The notes beneath the pieces are model-generated. The model worked only from the letters and a program-made list of their open reading frames with translations, did not search any database and had not been told where the DNA came from. DNA of 64,000 nt. Origin: a bacterium (GTDB taxonomy: Bacteria; SAR324; NAC60-12). The position numbers and the translations under genes are program-made. The stretch lies in assembly GCA_965233585.1 (NCBI GenBank), contig CBDDTI010000747.1, forward strand, positions 704,001-768,000, given 5' to 3'. Of the stretch, positions 20,602 to 28,847 are shown piece after piece. Every line of letters starts with the position of its first letter. Position 1 is the first letter of the stretch.

Positions 20602-21834
20602 TCAAGCGACAATCATCTTTAGAAATTCTTTTGTTGCCTCAAGAGCAAATCGTAGGCGGTGTTCTTCTTTGGTGAGAAAAACAGGATTTTGAACAAGCAA
20701 GGTTTGTTCTTTCTTCTCTGAAATCAAGGCAAGGGCAACTTGTCCATTTTTCAAACTTTGCCTTGTTCCGTCTGGAGAACCCGCCATTCCTGCCTCTGCA
20801 ATCACGTACGATGCCCGAGTTTGTTCTTTCAATCGTCTGGCTAGTTTCAAGACGTGTTGTTCTGAGACGATTTGACTTAAATTTTGGTCATGCAAAAATT
20901 GCTGTTGTGAGCCTTTGGAATAAAGCACTTGACCCTCCAAAAAATAGTTTGACATTCCATAAGGCTTGCAAAACGCATCTGCTAGCTTGCCTCCTGTGCT
21001 AGTCTCTACTGTTGCCAAAGTGTGACCTTGCTCATCATTTTTTAAGTGTTTGAAAAGATCTTGGGTTGTTTTGACGTTTTCATCAATTTGTTGTTGCAGT
21101 GCATCATAGCCTTGTTTTAATTGATACAAAACATCTTCTTGCCAGACATGGGATTGTTGAGCCACACTTTGCACAATAGAGGCTGGCAAGCACATCTTTA
21201 AACTGACACCTTCCACTGCCAGTTGACGAATGGTTGTTGATGAAAGTTGTAAGACACCAGACAAACCGTTTGGGAAATTGTTGAAGCAAAGCTCTTGCCA
21301 AGAGAATTTGACGTGACGTTGACGTTCAAGCTCTTCCATTTGACCAGCAATATTGTCCTGCCCACGAGAGACAATCCAAAATTCTGCTTGAGACTGCATC
21401 ACTTCCAAGTTTTGTTGCAAAAAAATCTGACATTTTTGCATACGTTTCAGCAAATCGCTACCAATCAGCACTTTGATTTTTTGATTGGCTTGGCTGTACC
21501 TTTCAATATGTTCTTGCAGAAAGACGGGTCTATTTTCATAAAACTCTGATTTGTCAATTTTTGTATTTTTTAAAGACAGTTGAAAGTTGTCAAAACGGTG
21601 TTGCAGTTCGTGGTGAGCTTCTAATGATTTTTGCAGCCATTCTAGTCGTTTCTCACAAGAAGCAATGGACTGCTTTTTGGAAGGGTCAGGATGCAAGCCG
21701 TTGGAGATGATAAAAATCACCTGCCCAGAATGCCCTAATTGTTTGAGAGCTTGGTTTGCAATTAGTAAATGATGTAATCCAATCGGATTAGCAGTTAAAG
21801 GAAAAAGAACAGAGTCACAGCTGTTTCCAGACAT
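20602..21834 (-). CDS. NadD-like nucleotidyltransferase fused to a CinA/PncC-like C-terminal domain
   Basis: NadD-like NPIGLHH, IGSD and LSSTTIR; CinA C-terminal-like VETSTGG, YSK, VSE and GMAG. Confidence 0.75.
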   Translation of the reverse strand: MSGNSCDSVLFPLTANPIGLHHLLIANQALKQLGHSGQVIFIISNGLHPDPSKKQSIASCEKRLEWLQKSLEAHHELQHRFDNFQLSLKNTKIDKSEFYENRPVFLQEHIERYSQANQKIKVLIGSDLLKRMQKCQIFLQQNLEVMQSQAEFWIVSRGQDNIAGQMEELERQRHVKFSWQELCFNNFPNGLSGVLQLSSTTIRQLAVEGVSLKMCLPASIVQSVAQQSHVWQEDVLYQLKQGYDALQQQIDENVKTTQDLFKHLKNDEQGHTLATVETSTGGKLADAFCKPYGMSNYFLEGQVLYSKGSQQQFLHDQNLSQIVSEQHVLKLARRLKEQTRASYVIAEAGMAGSPDGTRQSLKNGQVALALISEKKEQTLLVQNPVFLTKEEHRLRFALEATKEFLKMIVA

Positions 21835-22864
21835 CTTTGATCAACTGTTCTGTGGTGTTCCAATCAATGCACTTATCTGTGATAGAGACCCCATATTTCA
21901 AAGGTTGATTAGGAATGAGAGGCTGATTGCCTTCTTCCAAATTGCTTTCAATCATCACCCCAGTCAAAGCCTTCTGACCTGCTTTGATTTGACGAACAAC
22001 TTCCTGACAGACAGCAGGTTGTTGAGCATGGTCTTTGTTAGAGTTGGCGTGAGAACAATCTACAACAATGGACTGACGTAAATCCTTTTTTTGCAACTGT
22101 TCTACCACGTGCTTCACAGTGTTTTCGTCATAGTTAGTACCATCTGCTCCACCTCGTAACACAATATGCCCATGTTCATTGCCTGTGGTTCTGACGACTG
22201 CAACTTGTCCCTCCTGATTCACACCCAAAAAGCTATGTTCTGATGCACAAGACTGCATGGCATTAAATGCAACTTCCAAGTCTCCTGATGTCCCATTTTT
22301 AAAACCAACAGGCATAGAAAGACCGCTTGCTAGCTCCCGATGTGTCTGAGATTCTGTGGTTCTTGCACCGATAGCACTCCAACAAATGAGGTCAGCAATG
22401 TATTGAGGTGTAATGGAGTCCAGCATTTCTGTCCCGATTGGCAAACCCATCTCACAAATGTCAATCAACAACTTTCTTGCCAATTTCAAACCCTCCTCAA
22501 TTCTTTCTGTGCCATCAAGAAAAGGGTCGTTGATGTATCCTTTCCAGCCAACTGTTGTTCGCGGTTTGCAAAAATAAACACGCATCACTAAATAAATCTT
22601 GTCTGAAACTTCATCTGCAAGTGTTTTGAGACGCGTGGCATACTCCGTTGCTATCTGAGGATCATGGATAGAACAAGGACCGACCACGACAAGCAGACGA
22701 CTGTCACGTTGCTCAATAATGGCTTCCACAATGCTTCGTCCTGTGATGACAGTCTGCACCGCCTGTGAAGAAAGTGAGAATTTTTCTACAAGCTCTGTTG
22801 GAGAATGCAAAATCTCCATGGAACCAATACGCAGATTATTTGCTACATTTAAATTTTTAGGCAT
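21815..22864 (-). CDS. 3-deoxy-7-phosphoheptulonate (DAHP) synthase, class I-alpha
   Basis: GPCSIHD, KPRTTVGWKG, IGARTTESQTHRE, DCSHANS. Confidence 0.95.
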   Translation of the reverse strand: MPKNLNVANNLRIGSMEILHSPTELVEKFSLSSQAVQTVITGRSIVEAIIEQRDSRLLVVVGPCSIHDPQIATEYATRLKTLADEVSDKIYLVMRVYFCKPRTTVGWKGYINDPFLDGTERIEEGLKLARKLLIDICEMGLPIGTEMLDSITPQYIADLICWSAIGARTTESQTHRELASGLSMPVGFKNGTSGDLEVAFNAMQSCASEHSFLGVNQEGQVAVVRTTGNEHGHIVLRGGADGTNYDENTVKHVVEQLQKKDLRQSIVVDCSHANSNKDHAQQPAVCQEVVRQIKAGQKALTGVMIESNLEEGNQPLIPNQPLKYGVSITDKCIDWNTTEQLIKDVWKQL

Positions 22865-22994
22865 CTATTAGTAAGTAAGGGAAAAGACATTAAAAAATAA
22901 AAAGGAAACTTCTCTTGAATCGTCTTGGAAGAGAGAACAAAATGAAAACACGGTACTTGACCTTCGTTTTAGCTGTGTCAAAAAATGGATAGAA

Positions 22995-23068
22995 TCGGAG
23001 CGACAGGATTTGAACCTGCGACCACACGCCCCCCAGACGTGTGCGCTACCAAACTGCGCCACGCTCCG
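22995..23068 (-). tRNA. tRNA-Pro(GGG)
   Basis: Reverse complement reads CGGAGCGTGGCGCAGTTTGGTAGCGC...CTGGGGG...GGTTCAAATCC...GCTCCGA. Confidence 0.95.
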
Positions 23069-23105
23069 AAATTCTTAAAACATTCCATTCTAACAAGGTT
23101 TGTCT

Positions 23106-23816
23106 TTATTCGCCACCTGCCACGGTAATCGTACTTCCGCTGATGTATGAGGCATTGTCACTACATAAAAATAAGATCACTTTGGCAATTTCATCAGGGT
23201 TTGCAATGCGTTTAAGAGGAATCATATTAATCCTTTCATCCATGTTTTTGTTGGGATTAAGTCCATGAATTTTGGTATCGGCTACACCAACTCGCACTGC
23301 GTTGATTAAAGTGTTATATTTTGAATACTCTTTTGCTAAAGTTTTTGTAAGCATTTCTAAGGCTGATTTAGAAAATGTATAATCAGCTGTTCCAGATCCT
23401 CCACCATGTTTAACACCTATGCTAGAAACATTGATAATACGTCCCCATTGCCTTTCTTTCATGGATGGTAAAACTGCCTTTGTGATTAATGTTGGTGCTA
23501 TAAGGTTGGTATTTAACAAAGATGAGATACTTTCAAAATCTACTTCTTCAAAAGATTTTCTAAATGTATAAGCACCTGCATTATTGATAAGAATGTCTAT
23601 ATTAGAATTTTCTATTTTTTTAATAAATTTTTCTATCCCTTCTTTTGTAGAAAAAGTCCCTTGTACTATTTCTAAATTTGAATTTTTTAATTTTTCTAAA
23701 TCACTATTATTTTGATGATAATGTGCAATAATTTTGTACTCAGCTTTTTCTAAAAAAAGATTGACTAAAGTCATACCAATCCCACCGTTTGCACCTGTAA
23801 TTAAGATTTTTTTCAT
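23106..23816 (-). CDS. Classical SDR-family oxidoreductase
   Basis: TGANGGIG, INNAG, YTFSK. Confidence 0.9.
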   Translation of the reverse strand: MKKILITGANGGIGMTLVNLFLEKAEYKIIAHYHQNNSDLEKLKNSNLEIVQGTFSTKEGIEKFIKKIENSNIDILINNAGAYTFRKSFEEVDFESISSLLNTNLIAPTLITKAVLPSMKERQWGRIINVSSIGVKHGGGSGTADYTFSKSALEMLTKTLAKEYSKYNTLINAVRVGVADTKIHGLNPNKNMDERINMIPLKRIANPDEIAKVILFLCSDNASYISGSTITVAGGE

Positions 23817-24631
23817 TTCTTTTGTAACACTGCAACAAATTTCCTCTTACTAGAATCGGCAGACCACTTTGGAGATAACCTTTTTAAAAAGTAGGTGACT
23901 TCTACATTCGTTCTTTGTTTTATATATTCAATAACAGAATAACTATCAGGACTTACGTAATCATCTCGGTATCCTTGTAAATCCATAATAACATCGTCAA
24001 CTAGAATATATCCTTTATCATTGATAGCATGATAAGCATTACAAATATCCCATGCAATTTCTGGATAAAGATGACCACCATCTATCCAAATTAAATCAAA
24101 CTTATCATTTAATTTCTCTGGAAGGAAAAAACTATTAATTTTCATGGCTTCAATATTTTTGTGATTTAGGTTAATCTCTTGTTTTCTATAAAATTCAGAT
24201 CTTTTATCCAAATCTTCTCTACCATATTGCTTGAAAATAGGATCATTGTCTGGAAGTTCTACAGTAAAAATAGTTGAATCAGGGAACAAATCAGAAAGCA
24301 AAGATGTAGTTTGTCCATCAAAAGTCCCAATTTCTAGAATCTTTTTAGGATTAAAGTTTAGACTAATTGCAGAAAATAAAATCCAATGCACAGATGCCAT
24401 ACCACATAATAGTTCATCAAATTTTTGATGCGATTTCTTAACCAGAACATCATCTAGTTTTTCTCTTGCTAATTGATAATTCCAATTAAATTTTTCAAAT
24501 TTTCTAATTTCTTGTTTTTGAAAGGAATGAACATCATATTTTTTTTCAAATTGAAACTGCTTATATCTAGCTAGGTAATAGATAATTTTATTGTAATATT
24601 TGGATGGATTTAGATATTTGTACATTTTCAC
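23813..24631 (-). CDS. Class I SAM-dependent methyltransferase (Methyltransf_24-like)
   Basis: ILEIGT, DLIWIDGGH, ILVDD. Confidence 0.8.
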   Translation of the reverse strand: MKMYKYLNPSKYYNKIIYYLARYKQFQFEKKYDVHSFQKQEIRKFEKFNWNYQLAREKLDDVLVKKSHQKFDELLCGMASVHWILFSAISLNFNPKKILEIGTFDGQTTSLLSDLFPDSTIFTVELPDNDPIFKQYGREDLDKRSEFYRKQEINLNHKNIEAMKINSFFLPEKLNDKFDLIWIDGGHLYPEIAWDICNAYHAINDKGYILVDDVIMDLQGYRDDYVSPDSYSVIEYIKQRTNVEVTYFLKRLSPKWSADSSKRKFVAVLQKK

Positions 24632-25680
24632 TTATTCGCTAAAGGAAAGCGTACTTCTTCAGCAAGTTGGTTAGAAAGGTAAAGTCCTTCTAACAAAGCG
24701 ACCGATTTGATGCCTTCACGCCCTGTGATGACTTCAGTCTCACCTGCACCCCTCAACAGGTAATTTGCTACTTTTTCATAAAAAGTGATGTGTCCAAATC
24801 CATAAACGGTTGGGGGAGAGGTCTCAGCTTCTTTGATTAATTGGTCTTCTTCAGCAGATTCTGAAAACTCCCATATTTCAATTTTGTTCATACATGTCCC
24901 TCCAATTTTGACAGTTCCTTTTTCTCCAAGAATTGTGATAGAGCCTTCTAAATCTTTTGGGAAAGTCAGGTTAGAAAGGTTGAGCGAACCAATGACCCCA
25001 TTGCTGAATTTGATGACGCCCACGCCATGGTCTTCTACATCAATAGAAAAGCCAGCTGTCCCCATCTTCGCATAAGCAGTTTCTGGAGGAGATCCAACAA
25101 TCCACTGCAACATATCTACATAATGCACTGCTTGATTAGTAAAAACGCCTCCTGACAGGTCACGTCTTGAACGCCAACCATGATCTTCGGTGTAGTAGCT
25201 TAACTCCCGATGCCAATAAAGATTGACATGACAGCTAGAAATTCTGCCAAACCTTCCTTTGTCCACACATGCTTTTAGCAACTGATTCGTGGCATTGTAG
25301 CGATTTTGTAGCACAACGAAAAGCTCCACACCAGCATCTTCACAACAATCAATCAGATTCTCTGCTTCTAACAAACTAGTTGCAAGCGGCTTTTCAACAA
25401 TGACATGAACGCCTTTTGCTGCAACTTTCGTTGCCAGTTGGGGGTGCCTGCCATTTGGAACATTGATGCTCACTAAATCTAGCTCTTCCTGTTCTAGCAA
25501 AGTCTCCAAACGGTAGTAGGCTTTTACACCATATTTGGTTGCCCATTCGTCAGCACGGGAGCGGTCAATGTCGCAAACTGCCACAAAATCATAGTCAGGA
25601 TTATCTTGCACAGTCTGGTAATGAGCTGTGCGGCTGACTCTACCACACCCTACAATCGCAATTTTTAGTTTCTTTGCCAT
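24628..25680 (-). CDS. Gfo/Idh/MocA oxidoreductase, WlbA/WbpB-like sugar-nucleotide dehydrogenase
   Basis: VGCGRVS, VEKP, LQNRYN, GGVFTNQAVHYVD, VYGFGH. Confidence 0.88.
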   Translation of the reverse strand: MAKKLKIAIVGCGRVSRTAHYQTVQDNPDYDFVAVCDIDRSRADEWATKYGVKAYYRLETLLEQEELDLVSINVPNGRHPQLATKVAAKGVHVIVEKPLATSLLEAENLIDCCEDAGVELFVVLQNRYNATNQLLKACVDKGRFGRISSCHVNLYWHRELSYYTEDHGWRSRRDLSGGVFTNQAVHYVDMLQWIVGSPPETAYAKMGTAGFSIDVEDHGVGVIKFSNGVIGSLNLSNLTFPKDLEGSITILGEKGTVKIGGTCMNKIEIWEFSESAEEDQLIKEAETSPPTVYGFGHITFYEKVANYLLRGAGETEVITGREGIKSVALLEGLYLSNQLAEEVRFPLANK

Positions 25681-25683
25681 AGT

Positions 25684-26112
25684 TTAGTTTTGGTGTAAAA
25701 CATACTCTTCTTCAAACACTTCTTGCCACGAAAGGCTTTGAACCGTTGATTTTAAATCTGTTTCATCTTCTGCCTTTTCAGTTGCATTTTTAAGACAATC
25801 TTCCCAAACCGTTTCCATAAAGTTTTCATTAAGTGAAGGTGAATCTTTTCTAATTCTTATAATCTGCCTTCTTGTCTCATTGATAGAATTTCTCCAACTT
25901 TTGGAACGATGAGAAGGCTGAATCTTCCACTTAATGACATGAGTCATCAAAACAATGAGATAGCTCGCAATGCTCCGTTTATCCTTTCTTGCCATGTATT
26001 CAATTTCTTCAATGAGATTCTCCACGTCCAAATGTTCAAATTTTCCTACTCGTATCAAATTGGCTTGATGTTCTGCCCAGAGGACAAAATCTTGTTCGTA
26101 TAAATTAGTCAT
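25684..26112 (-). CDS. DUF29 family protein (copy E)
   Basis: LYEQDFVLW...LDxENLIEE...HxIKW.IQP..RS.SW pattern typical of DUF29. Confidence 0.85.
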   Translation of the reverse strand: MTNLYEQDFVLWAEHQANLIRVGKFEHLDVENLIEEIEYMARKDKRSIASYLIVLMTHVIKWKIQPSHRSKSWRNSINETRRQIIRIRKDSPSLNENFMETVWEDCLKNATEKAEDETDLKSTVQSLSWQEVFEEEYVLHQN

Positions 26113-26542
26113 CTTTTTGACTCTCTAAAAGGTATTCTTCTTCAAAAACTTCTTGCCAAGAAAGGCTCTGAACTGTTGATTTTAAATCTGTTTCATCTTC
26201 TGCATCTTCTGTTCCTCGCTTAAAACATTTTTCCCAAATACTTTGAATGTAACTCTCATTTAATGAAGGGAGGTCATCTCTAATCCTACTAATAGATTTT
26301 CTTTCATTTCTAATAGTGTTTTGCCAGCTTTTAGAACGTTCCTGAGGTTGAATCTTCCACTTGATAATGTGCATCATAAGAACGATCAAATGACTTGCTA
26401 AACTCTTTTTTTCTTTTCTTGCCATGTACTCAACTTCTTCAATGAGATTCTCGGTGTCTAATTGTTCAAACTTGCCTGAACGTATTAGATTGGCTTGATG
26501 TTCTGCCCAGAGAACAAAATCTTGTTCGTACAAATTAGTCAT
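26105..26542 (-). CDS. DUF29 family protein (copy D)
   Basis: Same DUF29 pattern; 8-nt overlap with the next copy. Confidence 0.85.
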   Translation of the reverse strand: MTNLYEQDFVLWAEHQANLIRSGKFEQLDTENLIEEVEYMARKEKKSLASHLIVLMMHIIKWKIQPQERSKSWQNTIRNERKSISRIRDDLPSLNESYIQSIWEKCFKRGTEDAEDETDLKSTVQSLSWQEVFEEEYLLESQKDD

Positions 26543-26972
26543 CTTTTTGACTCTCTAAAAGGTATTCTTTTTCAAAGACTTCTTGCCACGAAAGGCTTTG
26601 AATTGTTGATTTTAAATCTGTCTCTCTTTCTGCTTTTTTGTTGGCTTTTATAAAAGTATTGTTCCAAATAGTTTTGATAAAATTTTCGTTTAGCGATGGT
26701 GTATCTTCTTGTAATTCTTCAATTTCATCTCGTGCATTATAAATGGAGTTTCTCCAACTTGTAGAACGATGGGAAGGTTGAATCTTCCACTTGATGATGT
26801 GCATCATAAGAACAGTCAAATGACTTGCTAGGCTCTTTTTTTCTTTTCTTGCCATGTATTCAATTTCTTCAATGAGATTCTCCACGTCCAAATGTTCAAA
26901 TTTTCCTACTCGTATCAAATTCGCTTGATGTTCTGCCCAGAGGACAAAATCTTGTTCGTACAAATTAGTCAT
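26535..26972 (-). CDS. DUF29 family protein (copy C)
   Basis: Same DUF29 pattern; 8-nt overlap with the next copy. Confidence 0.85.
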   Translation of the reverse strand: MTNLYEQDFVLWAEHQANLIRVGKFEHLDVENLIEEIEYMARKEKKSLASHLTVLMMHIIKWKIQPSHRSTSWRNSIYNARDEIEELQEDTPSLNENFIKTIWNNTFIKANKKAERETDLKSTIQSLSWQEVFEKEYLLESQKDD

Positions 26973-27402
26973 CTTTTTGACTCTCTAAAAGGTATTCTTT
27001 TTCAAAGACTTCTTGCCACGAAAGGCTTTGAATTGTTGATTTTAAATCTGTCTCTCTTTCTGCATCTTCTGTTGCGTCTTTAAAACATTCTTTCCAAATA
27101 CTATTGATAAATGTTTCATTGAGTGAAGGCATTTTTTTTCTGCTCCTTCTGATTTGTTTTCTTGCCTCGTGAATTGTTCCTTGCCAACTACTTGAACGTT
27201 CTTGAGGTTGAATCTTCCACCTAATAATGTGCATCATCAATCGGATCAAATGACTTTCTAACGTGTCTTTATGACGATTCCCCATGTCTTCAACTTCTTC
27301 AATGAGATTCTCGGTGTCTAATTGTTCAAACTTACCTGAACGTATTAAGTTAGCTTGATGTTCTGCCCAGAGGACAAAATCTTGTTCGTACAAATTAGTC
27401 AT
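26965..27402 (-). CDS. DUF29 family protein (copy B)
   Basis: Same DUF29 pattern, including EEVEDMG; 8-nt overlap with the next copy. Confidence 0.85.
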   Translation of the reverse strand: MTNLYEQDFVLWAEHQANLIRSGKFEQLDTENLIEEVEDMGNRHKDTLESHLIRLMMHIIRWKIQPQERSSSWQGTIHEARKQIRRSRKKMPSLNETFINSIWKECFKDATEDAERETDLKSTIQSLSWQEVFEKEYLLESQKDD

Positions 27403-27832
27403 CTTTTTTGTTTTCTAAAAAGTAATCTTCTTCAAAGACTTCTTGCCACGAAAGGCTTTGAATTGTTGATTTTAAATCTGTTTCATCTTTTGCTTTGTCA
27501 GTTGCTTTTTCAAAGCAGTTATCCCAAATAGTGTTGATAAAGTCTTGGTTCAAAGAGAGTGAATCTTCTCTGATGATCTGAATTTGACGCCGTGTTTCAT
27601 TGATAGAATTTCTCCAACTTTTTGAACGATGAGAAGGTTGAGTCTTCCACTTAATGACATGAGTCATCAAAACAATGAGATAGCTTGTGATGCTTCGTTT
27701 ATCTTTTCTTGCCATGTATTCAACCTCTTCAATGAGATTTTCTGTGTCTAATTGTTCAAACTTGCCTGAACGTATCAAATTGGCTTGATGTTCTGCCCAG
27801 AGGACAAAATCTTGTTCGTATAAATTAGTCAT
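27395..27832 (-). CDS. DUF29 family protein (copy A)
   Basis: Same DUF29 pattern. Start placed at ATG 27832 (MTNLYEQ) by homology with the other copies. Confidence 0.85.
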   Translation of the reverse strand: MTNLYEQDFVLWAEHQANLIRSGKFEQLDTENLIEEVEYMARKDKRSITSYLIVLMTHVIKWKTQPSHRSKSWRNSINETRRQIQIIREDSLSLNQDFINTIWDNCFEKATDKAKDETDLKSTIQSLSWQEVFEEDYFLENKKDD

Positions 27833-27851
27833 CTTTTTAAATTTTTTAAAA

Positions 27852-28039
27852 AATCTCGTAAAGAACAATAAACCCAAGAAGCATGCGGCACTTCACTAAA
27901 GTTGCCATCAATATATCCTGCAACAAATGGAAGCCGTGAGATTCATTGATACAATCTAGGAGTGGTATGAGGTAAAAGTCTCACTTACAGTTCTGAAGGA
28001 AAGTCTGACGAAAGGAAATGATAGTCAGTCACTAAATAC
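27852..28039 (+). mobile_element. Degenerate 3' remnant of a group II intron (HNH fragment plus domains V and VI)
   Basis: Frame NNKPKKHAALH*SCHQYI, then the 34-nt D5-like hairpin GAGTGGTATGAGGTAAAAGTCTCACTTACAGTTC (27960-27993) and a CTGAC/GTCAG hairpin. Confidence 0.65.
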
Positions 28040-28048
28040 CAATCCCAA

Positions 28049-28807
28049 TTATTGAATCCTTTTTACAGCAAATACCAAAGTCATCTTTGCTTTTATTAGA
28101 TAGCACTCATATCTATCCTTAGGAATCAATGCAGCAATAACTTGAAAAAGAGGTTGCATTGAAGAATTGATGTCTTCTATTACAATCCAACCTTCTTTTG
28201 AGACTTTCCCAAGAGCAAAATTAAGTGTAGAAATATGTGCATCTGCAGAGTGAAGTCCATCATCAATAATTAAATCGTATTTTGGAAGAGTTATTTCTGC
28301 AAGCTTTTCATAAGTTTCCCATTTAGTTTGATATACATAAAAGGTTTCAATACGTTCTTCTACAAATAAACTATTTCTATCAATATCGGCACCATGCACA
28401 AGGGCTGTTTTACAAACATCCCTAAAAGCTCTAAAAGATGCTCCTGGCTCTCCTCCACTTCCCATATTAGACACAATATTTGTATCATTTGTTCCTAAAC
28501 CAACTTCAAAAATACTTGTGATATTTTTGTTAGAAAGAATAGTTCCATAAATCAAGTGATAATTATGAGTAGTAGCTTTATCACTTCCTCGTTCAGTAAA
28601 TTTCTTTCTTAACTCTTCAATGAATTGGTTACAAGTAGCTTTTTTAGCAAAGTTTTCTATTGAAGTAATTTCAAATTTTGGTGAAAAATTCTCACATAGC
28701 TTTGCTGAAAAAGGAAAAGTTTGCTGAACAGTTTGTTTGGTTAAGAGAGTTTTTTGACAATAATTGTTACTATGTCCGTTAGGTTTAAACATAGGAAATT
28801 CATTCAT
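28049..28807 (-). CDS. Putative class I SAM-dependent (sugar O-)methyltransferase-like protein
   Basis: SDKATTHNY, FEVGLG, GADID, DLIIDDGLH, IVIED. Confidence 0.65.
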   Translation of the reverse strand: MNEFPMFKPNGHSNNYCQKTLLTKQTVQQTFPFSAKLCENFSPKFEITSIENFAKKATCNQFIEELRKKFTERGSDKATTHNYHLIYGTILSNKNITSIFEVGLGTNDTNIVSNMGSGGEPGASFRAFRDVCKTALVHGADIDRNSLFVEERIETFYVYQTKWETYEKLAEITLPKYDLIIDDGLHSADAHISTLNFALGKVSKEGWIVIEDINSSMQPLFQVIAALIPKDRYECYLIKAKMTLVFAVKRIQ

Positions 28808-28847
28808 TAAATTAAATCTACTTTTTTTAATATGAGTAGAATGCCGC

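Larger units (their letters stand above)
25684..27832 (-). repeat. Tandem gene repeat, five units with a 430-bp period
   Basis: Start codons at 26112, 26542, 26972, 27402 and 27832; near-identical DNA around each junction. Confidence 0.95.

Noticed and set aside
22868..23062. 64-aa ORF
   Set aside because: Overlaps tRNA-Pro; spurious
25684..27832. DUF29 array as a CRISPR array, integron cassette array or DGR
   Set aside because: The units are overlapping protein-coding genes with no spacers or attC sites. No cas gene, adjacent intI or reverse transcriptase is present, and the differences are not visibly adenine-restricted.
27833..27877. N-terminal extension MGLLFFTRFFKKFKK on DUF29 copy A
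   Set aside because: The homologous start is the ATG at 27832, which preserves the 430-bp period
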